A DNA stretch of 64,000 nucleotides from contig JAQVJU010000002.1 in NCBI GenBank assembly GCA_028694995.1, positions 67,503 through 131,502 on the forward strand, in the 5' to 3' direction. Below the pieces are notes generated by a model. The model did not search any database. It worked only from the letters and a program-made list of their open reading frames with translations, and was not told the DNA's origin. Position numbers and translations under genes: made by a program. Of this stretch, positions 8,452 to 16,300 are shown piece by piece. The DNA comes from Minisyncoccota bacterium (lineage in GTDB: Bacteria; Patescibacteriota; Minisyncoccia; UBA6257). Position 1 is the first letter of the stretch. Each line of letters opens with the position of its first letter.

Positions 8452-9885
8452 ATGGAAAGTAAAAAAGAATTTATTAAAGATAAAAGGATATTAATTGTTG
8501 GCTTAGGCTCTTTAGGTGGTGGTATTGCTACTAGTCTTTGGTTTTTAAAACAAAAAGCCAATATTACCATTACAGATTTAAGAGATAAAAAAGACTTAAA
8601 ACAATCTTTAAATAAATTAAAACAATATTCTTCAAGAATAAAATTATCTCTTGGCGGCCATAATAAGAAAGATTTTAAAAATCACAATCTTATAATTATC
8701 AATCCTGGAGCTAAAATCAAAAACAATCCATATCTTCAAATGGCAAAAAAAGAAAAAAACCTGATAGAAAATGAGATAAGTTTGTTTTTGAGATTTAATC
8801 AAACTCCTTTAATAACAATTACTGGCACCAGAGGCAAAACAACAATTACTAATTGGATTGGATATTTATTAAAAGAAAAATATCCTCAAACCATTATTGG
8901 CGGTAATATGCCTGAAAGTCCAGTTTTATCTTTTTTGAATAAAACTAAAGCAAATATCCCAGTTGTTTTAGAATTATCTAGTTTTCAATTAGAGATATTA
9001 AAAAATAAATATCAAGGACCTAATATAGCCATCATTACTAATTTATACCGAGATCATCTTAATCGCCATGGCAATATGAAAAATTATGCAATGGCTAAAG
9101 CTAATGTATTTAAAAATCAACAAAAAACTGATTATTTGATATTAAATTATCAAGACAGATGGACTAAATTCTTTCTCTCTTTAAAACCTAAAAGCCAAAT
9201 TTATTTTATATCAAATAAACCCCTTCCTTTGAATAAAAATGGGGTTTTTAATCAAAATAATAATATATATTTCCAAGACAATAAGAAAAAACAATTAATG
9301 TTAAATACAAAAAGGTTTTCCAAACAATGGGGAGAGCATAATTTGAATAATTTAATGTTTTCTATTCTAGCAGCTAAGTTATTTGGCTTAAGTTTTACTC
9401 AAATTAAAAAACAAATACCAAGACTACCTCAAATGACATTTCGTCAACAAATAGTATATCAATCAGGTACAAAACTCTTAATAATTAATGATAGTTGCGC
9501 TACAACCCCAGAGGCAACAATAGCTGCTTTAAAAAGGTTTTCTAATAAACAAAATAACCTTGTTTTAATTACTGGAGGCACTGATAAAGATTTAAAATAC
9601 AATGAATTAGCTAAACAAATTAAAAAAACCATATCACCAAAGAACCTAATTATTCTCAATGGTTCTGCTAGCAAAAAATTAATCAAAGAATTGATTAAAA
9701 TAAAATATTCCAATAATTATTCTGTTTTTGAATCATTAAGTGAATGTTTATCTTATAGCTTACATTTAAGAAAATACAAAAGGGATATTATTCTTTTTTC
9801 TCCAGGAGCTACCAGTTTTGAAAAGTTTCTAAATGAATTTGATAGAGGAAAAGCTTTTAACAATTTAATTAAAAAGATAAAATAA
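8452..9885 (+). CDS. murD: UDP-N-acetylmuramoylalanine--D-glutamate ligase (Mur ligase family)
   Basis: N-terminal Rossmann 'ILIVGLGSLGGGIA', P-loop 'ITGTRGKTTIT', C-terminal Mur ligase domain; isolated from dcw cluster. Confidence 0.65.
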   Translation: MESKKEFIKDKRILIVGLGSLGGGIATSLWFLKQKANITITDLRDKKDLKQSLNKLKQYSSRIKLSLGGHNKKDFKNHNLIIINPGAKIKNNPYLQMAKKEKNLIENEISLFLRFNQTPLITITGTRGKTTITNWIGYLLKEKYPQTIIGGNMPESPVLSFLNKTKANIPVVLELSSFQLEILKNKYQGPNIAIITNLYRDHLNRHGNMKNYAMAKANVFKNQQKTDYLILNYQDRWTKFFLSLKPKSQIYFISNKPLPLNKNGVFNQNNNIYFQDNKKKQLMLNTKRFSKQWGEHNLNNLMFSILAAKLFGLSFTQIKKQIPRLPQMTFRQQIVYQSGTKLLIINDSCATTPEATIAALKRFSNKQNNLVLITGGTDKDLKYNELAKQIKKTISPKNLIILNGSASKKLIKELIKIKYSNNYSVFESLSECLSYSLHLRKYKRDIILFSPGATSFEKFLNEFDRGKAFNNLIKKIK

Positions 9886-9919
9886 AAAAGGAGGTATGCC
9901 CTCCTTTTGTTTTATTCTT

Positions 9920-10108
9920 TTACCACCGAATTGATGCTATATACAAGTTATAAATGAATAAAGCTACGGCAGCAAAAATAAAAAAGATAAAAAACTTCCA
10001 ACTCAGTTCCTCTTCCTTTGTTAATATGACGAAGAATGTTATTACCCCAAGGGCAATAAATAAAAAGAAAAAAAGAATTTGTTGAGGCAATAAACTCAAA
10101 ATAAACAT
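9920..10108 (-). CDS. small hydrophobic peptide, hypothetical
   Basis: 62-aa ORF, 2 TM segments; no other support. Confidence 0.2.
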   Translation of the reverse strand: MFILSLLPQQILFFFLFIALGVITFFVILTKEEELSWKFFIFFIFAAVALFIYNLYIASIRW

Positions 10109-10378
10109 TTTACACCTCCTATCTGGATATAATTACCAGCGTCTGCCCTTACTACTAAATAAGCTGCTAAAAATTTTCTTTAAAATATGCGAAATCTTGT
10201 TTAAAATCCTTTCAACAAAATCCATTATCTATTCCTCCTTTTTAACTGTAATGTCCCTATTATTATCCCTGAAAACAAAAAGAAAAACATCATTTCTAAG
10301 CTTGGAGCAAAAAACATTGAGATTAATAATACAATCATGATACCGGCTGTTATTATATTACCCCTCCTTTTCTTCTCC

Positions 10379-10828
10379 TCAATAATTAAATTTTCTATTG
10401 TTTTTTGTATTAACCTTTTTCGATTTCTTTTTCTCTCTAAATAGTAAAGATCCATTTTTAAAATTACCTCCTTTTAATTTAGATGATAGCACTTTATCAA
10501 AAACCTTATCCTTAATTTCCAACTTTAAATCATTTTTTATTTGTTTATAAATTCCAGGAATTGATTCATTGCAAACATTTAGAAGCTTACATTCTTCAAT
10601 CAATTTTCCAACCTTTTGTTCGTGTACTAGGATAACCTCAAGATAACCCGAAGTACCTGGACCGTTTTTAGGCCCTAACTCTCTCTTGCCCCTTCTGGTG
10701 TATAAATAGTGCTCGAGATTATGAGCAGATAATACAGCATTCCCAACTCCATGCAATAAAAGCAAGTTAATTTTTTTCCTTTTTTTGTTCAGACATCCGT
10801 TAAACCTAACCAGGAAATAACGTTCCAT
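10379..10828 (-). CDS. hypothetical protein
   Basis: 149-aa ORF, basic C-terminus; no motif recognised; overlaps small ORF 10225-10455. Confidence 0.35.
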   Translation of the reverse strand: MERYFLVRFNGCLNKKRKKINLLLLHGVGNAVLSAHNLEHYLYTRRGKRELGPKNGPGTSGYLEVILVHEQKVGKLIEECKLLNVCNESIPGIYKQIKNDLKLEIKDKVFDKVLSSKLKGGNFKNGSLLFREKKKSKKVNTKNNRKFNY

Positions 10829-10949
10829 CTTTTACCCCTTTCTTTTTTGTATTTTCAAAGTACATTTGTTGTATATAATAACATTGAATAAATAAATTGT
10901 CAAATCAAAAAATGGCCTTATTATCAGCCATTTTTTGTTTATCTAAACT

Positions 10950-11198
10950 TTAATTTTCTAAATCGTCTTCTTCTATTTCATAAAATTTACCAATATCATC
11001 AACCACATCAACTCTTTCTATCTGGCCTTCTATATTTACCTTGATATAACCTTCTTCATCTGGTTCAATGCCTTTTTCTTCTAACCATTCTTCAACCATT
11101 TCTCTTTCACCACCACCAAAAATTTCTAGAAATTCTTCATTAGTTATCAAAGGCATTTCTGTTTGTTTTTCTGGAACAGGAATAGTTTCTAAAGCCAT
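10950..11198 (-). CDS. small acidic hypothetical protein (start at internal Met MALETIP)
   Basis: ORF track gives 10950-11315, but its upstream part overlaps promoter/hairpin elements. ATG at 11196-11198 follows a hairpin+U-run leader. Confidence 0.4.
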   Translation of the reverse strand: MALETIPVPEKQTEMPLITNEEFLEIFGGGEREMVEEWLEEKGIEPDEEGYIKVNIEGQIERVDVVDDIGKFYEIEEDDLEN

Positions 11199-11448
11199 AT
11201 TTTTATTAAAAATAATTTTAAAGCCGACCTTTTTATAAAAAATGCTGCTATCCATTGAAGCAAGCTTCCCTAAATAGCAGCGTCCTAAGTATAGCAAATG
11301 GAAAGTATTTGTCAAGAGGTATAAGACTCATAGGGGAATAAAGCTGGGATTAAAAAAATGCTGCCGCTTCTGGCAAGCCAAAAACGACAGCATTATTAGT
11401 ATAGCAAATTCAAAATCCTTGTCAAGTCTATTGTGGATAACTTAAAAA

Positions 11449-11727
11449 TTAATGTTTAATGATTTTTATTGCTTTTCCATTGACAAGAGCCTCTGCTATT
11501 TTTTTATAAGCTGAATAAAGTATTCTTTGATAAGTGCTGGTTGAAGTATGCATTTTTTCAGCAGCTTCTTTTTGTTCTAAATCATCCAAATGCCGCAAGC
11601 GATAAGCTTCCAATTCTTCTGTGGTTAATTCAATAATTTCCAAAAACCTCATTGGAACACCTTGAGGTTTAAAATAAGTAACATCTGGATCAAAATTCAC
11701 TTTGCGATAAAGTCTTGGTCTAGCCAT
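11449..11727 (-). CDS. DUF134 family predicted DNA-binding protein
   Basis: 'MARPRLYRKVNFDPDVTYFKPQGVPMR...ELEAYRLRHLDDLEQKEAAEKM...ALVNGKAI' matches the DUF134/UPF0251 pattern. Confidence 0.65.
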   Translation of the reverse strand: MARPRLYRKVNFDPDVTYFKPQGVPMRFLEIIELTTEELEAYRLRHLDDLEQKEAAEKMHTSTSTYQRILYSAYKKIAEALVNGKAIKIIKH

Positions 11728-11811
11728 AAATACTAATTTAATAACAGAAAAAAGAAACTGGCCCCTTAATATATATTAATTAATACAGAAGAAGAGGCCA
11801 ATAATCTTTTA

Positions 11812-12069
11812 TTATTTCTGACCCTTGAGTTCGGTTAGTCGTTGTTTGATATCTTTCAATTCTTCTTCAAGATCTTCAGCTTCTTCTTCAAGTATTTCCA
11901 TTTCTTCTTCCTTAGTTATCCTAGTTGGATAATAAGGGCCATAACCCCAACCACGACCAAAACCTCTGCCATATCCTCTTCCCCAGCCACGACCAGCGCC
12001 ACAAGGCCCTAAGCCCCAACCGGTTCCAGGACCCATTCCCCAAGGACCAGTTCCATCAAATCTTGGCAT
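11812..12069 (-). CDS. DUF5320 family protein (Gly/Arg/Trp-rich N-term + coiled-coil)
   Basis: 'MPRFDGTGPWGMGPGTGWG...GRGYGRGFGRGWGYGPYYP' then acidic coiled coil; typical partner of DUF134. Confidence 0.65.
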   Translation of the reverse strand: MPRFDGTGPWGMGPGTGWGLGPCGAGRGWGRGYGRGFGRGWGYGPYYPTRITKEEEMEILEEEAEDLEEELKDIKQRLTELKGQK

Positions 12070-12158
12070 ATTTTTATTATTGTTAATATTTTAGATTTGA
12101 GATAGCCGACTTACTATCTGTTATGAGTATATACCCATAATTAGAAAAAGTCAAGTCT

Positions 12159-12749
12159 TTAAATTTCTCTTAATTCCCCTGTTTTAATATCCTTATCTTT
12201 ATTCATTTCTTCTAATAATTCTTCTTGAGTTTTATTCTTTAAATATCCTTCTAAGAGCCACAAAGGATCTCCGTGAGAAACAATCAGAATATTCTTGTTT
12301 TCATATTTGTTTTCTATTTCATTAAGAACAGCAACCATTCTTTCTTGGCATTGATTCCAGCTTTCGCCTTTAGGCACTCCCATTTCAAACTTTTTTATTT
12401 TATCATTGTCATAATATGCCCAAGCTTCTCTTTTATTCTTGCCACCAAAAATTCCCCAATTAACATCTCTTAATCTTTTATCATAAATAACCTTTTCTAA
12501 ATTATAACCTATTATTTTAGCTATAATTTCAACAGTTAACTTTACCCTTAGAATATCAGAGGCAAATATGTAATCTATGTTTTTTTCTTTTAATTTCTCA
12601 CCTACTAATTCTATTTGTTTTATACCTTCTTCTAATAAATCACAAGGAGGATTATCATCTGGATATTCATAGATAATATCTTTTTTTTCAGCCTGGTGAA
12701 TAGTTTTACCATGTCTTAATAAAAAATATTTATTTTTAAAAATTCTCAT
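12159..12749 (-). CDS. histidine phosphatase family protein (PGAM/SixA-like)
   Basis: 'YFLLRHGKT' RHG catalytic motif, C-terminal 'SHGDPL'. Confidence 0.7.
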   Translation of the reverse strand: MRIFKNKYFLLRHGKTIHQAEKKDIIYEYPDDNPPCDLLEEGIKQIELVGEKLKEKNIDYIFASDILRVKLTVEIIAKIIGYNLEKVIYDKRLRDVNWGIFGGKNKREAWAYYDNDKIKKFEMGVPKGESWNQCQERMVAVLNEIENKYENKNILIVSHGDPLWLLEGYLKNKTQEELLEEMNKDKDIKTGELREI

Positions 12750-12755
12750 AACATA

Positions 12756-13010
12756 CTAAATTTTAACTTTTTCTGATTTTAAAAGTTGTCTCTTTTTAGC
12801 TGTTCCATGTCTAAAACCACCTATTTCTCCATTATTTCTTATTACCCGATGACAAGGAACAGTTGGATCATCATTTTTATTTAAAACATTACCTACTGCT
12901 CGATAAGCCTTAGGTCTCCCTATTAATATAGCTACTTGTTTATAACTTAAAGTTTCACCTTTAGGAATTTTCCTAACTACTTGATAAACACTTTCTTTAA
13001 AACTTTTCAT
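12756..13010 (-). CDS. MGMT/Ogt-family DNA-binding domain protein (stand-alone C-terminal domain)
   Basis: 'PCHRVIRNNGEIGGF' active-site PCHRV motif; only 84 aa. Confidence 0.65.
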   Translation of the reverse strand: MKSFKESVYQVVRKIPKGETLSYKQVAILIGRPKAYRAVGNVLNKNDDPTVPCHRVIRNNGEIGGFRHGTAKKRQLLKSEKVKI

Positions 13011-13390
13011 ATTTAATTGATATAATTTTTCATAAAAACTCTAAAATAGGTCACTTTTAGCGAAGCTCTAAGTTTTACTTAATTTAGTGATAAATCTTTT
13101 ACAACTTTTGGCAGATTTCTTTCTGTGGCGATTTTTGTTTATCTATGTAGTATTCGTCTACTTTTTTATCTGTCATGTTATTTATACTCAATAAACAATA
13201 GTGTTTTTTAATAACTCAGCATATATATGAATCAATAAATTAAATTTTGTGTCTAAAATCACCTAACAAGCATCTGCAGGGAGAGATCAACAAAAACATT
13301 TTCCATCTAGCGGTACCTTTTGGTTAAAATCCGAATTTTTTTTCGGCGGATTTCGAGAGCGTGCCAATATCATTGGCGCGCCGCTTCAAA

Positions 13391-16297
13391 TTAAGAAAAT
13401 ATCTTCACAAAATCATTTGTCCAATATCTTCTGTATTCTTCCTTAATTTCTCTGCCCGGCTGTTGCTCGTTGAAATAATACAAATCAACCCTTTCAAGCT
13501 TCTTACTTCTCAGTTTATCTAAATCATCCACAAAATCAATGAATCCGTCAATTTTGTCAGCAGAATTGGTCGTATATTCAACGCCGTGCGGATCAATAAA
13601 CTTGATATAATATTGATTGTCTTTTTTAAGCCAAAAGATGAAATCCGGATAAAAATTATCATATTGGCTTTTATCCGAATTAAAATAAGGAATTCCAACT
13701 CTATCTATTGTTTCATCAATTTTTGAAAAGTACCACCAATCAAAATCTTTCAGCAGATTATCGTCTTGCGTTAAGTATTCTTTCAGAGTGTGCAAAAATT
13801 CTATTTCGCTTTGCTTTTTGATAATATGCTGAAAATGTTCCGTATCTTGCTTAAACAAAATAGGCGCATAGTAATGCTCCTCTAAAATTTCAAAATCCAA
13901 ATAATTTCTCAGAATATCCAAATTTTTGCTATCGGCTACATCTTTTATCAATTCTTTATATTTACTTCTGTCAATTTTCCCTTCGTCAAACATTTTATCT
14001 ATCTCTTTTTCGGTCAATCTTGGTTTGATGATTTTTAAAATATCTTTTTCTAATTTTTCTACCTCGTTTTTATCAATGTTTGTTTTAACTTTTTTGTAAT
14101 GCAAAATTTCGTCGTCCAAAATTTTTATCTCGCTTAATTTTTTAACATTTTCATTGAAATAGTTATCTGAAATAAACAATATATTCTCAATTGATTTTTT
14201 TCTTCTTCTTTCTCCAGTTTTGAAATTGTCCCTATTACTTACTTTGTTGAAAGTCCTTAATTTTATCCCTTGTTTTAACAAAAGCACTTTTGGTCCATTT
14301 TTCTGAACGAGCTGTGAAAGTTCGTTATACTCATTCGTGCCAATCCAAAACGGCTTATTATTCACTCCACCGTCTTCAAAAAATGGTATGAAAATTGGCA
14401 ATTCTTTTTCGTTTATTCCCTCATTTTTCTTTATTCCTTCTATTTTAATCCAATCCGGGTTAACTTGTTTTCCCAATCCTTCTAGAATATTCTTTACCAC
14501 CTCTTTATTGGTAGCGAAAATAAACAAACTCTCTAAAACATTATTTTCTTTTTTTATTTTTTCAACTTCGGAATTTGAAAAAAGCGAATTCTCTAAATAG
14601 TCAAATCTTTTCCTTTGGTTGATAGTCGGTTCAATTCTTACGCCACGCCCGATTGACTGCAATACAAATTTTTTGGCGTCGTCGCTTACACCGATATTGA
14701 TAAAGTTAATCACATTGGGGCGGTTCGTATCCCAACCCTCGGTAAATATTCGGCTTCCGAGCAGAATATTTATGTCATTTCTTTTGTTTATATCGTCAAA
14801 AAAACTTTCTCCGATAACTCGCCCGAATTCATACCCCTCTAAAACATTGCTTTCCCATTTGATAATATCGCTTGCGACAATAAGCATAAAATATTTACTC
14901 GCTCCGACCAGCTTAAAGGCAAGCTCCCTAGAATTATCCCTGAATTTTACAATTTCTATATTCCCTTGATTATCGGCATTAAAAACGGCCTTAAAAAAAT
15001 TCGCTTTTTTCAAATTCCTGATTTCAGAAATTAAATTTTGATCTATATCTCCAAGCCCGAATAAATAATCCTTGTTGTTTTTCAACTTTACGACTAAATT
15101 GTTTTTTGCCACTTCAAAATTAAATTTTCCACGCGCAATTTCAGCCAAAAGTTTATAGAAAATTTTTAAATCAGCTTCTTCTGTATTTACGCTATTGGCC
15201 AAAGTGATTAAAAGAGGGGCATGATATAAATTTTTACTTATCGTCTGCATTTTATGAAAATGCTCTTTAGCCAAAGCAAAAATAATTAAAGTTTGAGCGA
15301 TAATATCCTTTTTTTCATTTGTTGAAAAATCATCATCCATTCCCTTTTTAAAATTCTTGAAGTCAGAATTTGCTATGTATAATTTTTTTCCGTAGCCTTC
15401 TTTCAAAAAAGTATCCAATTTATAATCAAAAATGGTTGTCGCAATATCCAAATCATCCGTAAAGGTAGCGGAAAAATTAAATAAAAATCCGTTTTTGGTG
15501 AGAGCCATAAAATATTGCTGTCTTTTTGAAGTTTCTTTTTCTCCTTTATGCGCCTCGTCCAAAATCAAATACCAATTGCCGCTGTTATAAATACTTTCGT
15601 AATTTATTCTTGAGCCGTTTAATTTTTTTGCGATTGTTTCTTTGTCAGCGATATTATCCGCCCGATAATAAAAAACATTGATTTCGCTTTTATTAAAAAT
15701 ATCCTGCTGATTTTTTATTTTTTCCCACTCCTTCAAATTTCTAAGATTTATTGTTATTTCCGCGCCCTTATTGAATTTGTTTATATGCTCTTTAATTTGG
15801 GATAGAATTTCGTCTTTTGGAGCCAAAATCAAAATATCCTTATGAGGAATTAAATTTTTATTCATTAAATCAGCCAAAATCGCTAAAAGTTTTACCATTA
15901 CTAAAGTTTTACCGCTTCCGGTCGCCATCCAAAAAGCGGCGCGGTTTATAAAACTTTGAAATGAAATGCGAGTGCCGGCTGGAAAATAATTTGCCAAAAA
16001 TTTAAAATTTTCGTTTTCTTCCTTAATATCAAGCTGATCATTTAATTCTTGTGTCAAGCCGAAATCACGATACAACTGTAAAAATTCTTGTTTGCTTCTG
16101 TCTAATGCCAAGCCGTTATTTTGCTTAAAATCTTTGTAAAGCAAATACAAAACGGCGGTTATGTTTTCTAACGCCTTTTTTTGGTATGGAAAGAGTTCCC
16201 AGTCTAAACCGAATTTACTCAAATCTCGGTAAATCCATTCAGGCGGAATATCCAAACTTTTCCATTTATTTTCAATTATTTTTTGTAAGATTATCAT
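13391..16297 (-). CDS. res: Type III restriction enzyme Res subunit (SF2 helicase + nuclease)
   Basis: Walker A 'ATGSGKTLVM', DEAH box 'LILDEAHKGE', 968 aa, immediately downstream (3-nt gap) of a DNA methyltransferase. Confidence 0.75.
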   Translation of the reverse strand: MIILQKIIENKWKSLDIPPEWIYRDLSKFGLDWELFPYQKKALENITAVLYLLYKDFKQNNGLALDRSKQEFLQLYRDFGLTQELNDQLDIKEENENFKFLANYFPAGTRISFQSFINRAAFWMATGSGKTLVMVKLLAILADLMNKNLIPHKDILILAPKDEILSQIKEHINKFNKGAEITINLRNLKEWEKIKNQQDIFNKSEINVFYYRADNIADKETIAKKLNGSRINYESIYNSGNWYLILDEAHKGEKETSKRQQYFMALTKNGFLFNFSATFTDDLDIATTIFDYKLDTFLKEGYGKKLYIANSDFKNFKKGMDDDFSTNEKKDIIAQTLIIFALAKEHFHKMQTISKNLYHAPLLITLANSVNTEEADLKIFYKLLAEIARGKFNFEVAKNNLVVKLKNNKDYLFGLGDIDQNLISEIRNLKKANFFKAVFNADNQGNIEIVKFRDNSRELAFKLVGASKYFMLIVASDIIKWESNVLEGYEFGRVIGESFFDDINKRNDINILLGSRIFTEGWDTNRPNVINFINIGVSDDAKKFVLQSIGRGVRIEPTINQRKRFDYLENSLFSNSEVEKIKKENNVLESLFIFATNKEVVKNILEGLGKQVNPDWIKIEGIKKNEGINEKELPIFIPFFEDGGVNNKPFWIGTNEYNELSQLVQKNGPKVLLLKQGIKLRTFNKVSNRDNFKTGERRRKKSIENILFISDNYFNENVKKLSEIKILDDEILHYKKVKTNIDKNEVEKLEKDILKIIKPRLTEKEIDKMFDEGKIDRSKYKELIKDVADSKNLDILRNYLDFEILEEHYYAPILFKQDTEHFQHIIKKQSEIEFLHTLKEYLTQDDNLLKDFDWWYFSKIDETIDRVGIPYFNSDKSQYDNFYPDFIFWLKKDNQYYIKFIDPHGVEYTTNSADKIDGFIDFVDDLDKLRSKKLERVDLYYFNEQQPGREIKEEYRRYWTNDFVKIFS

Positions 16298-16300
16298 AAA

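Noticed and set aside
10225-10455. 76-aa ORF overlapping 10379-10828 by 77 nt
   Set aside because: An out-of-frame overlap with a longer ORF on the same strand. If it is real it likely starts at an internal Met (~10338) as a short membrane peptide. There is insufficient evidence to call it.
13011-13390. Direct repeat of the tRNA-Ser 3' end marking the distal island boundary (attR/attL)
   Set aside because: Only a weak 6-7 nt similarity was found (ggcgga...ttcgag near 13340-13360), which is not enough to call an att site by eye. The region does contain GC-rich palindromes (GGCGCGCC; CCAATGATATTGG).
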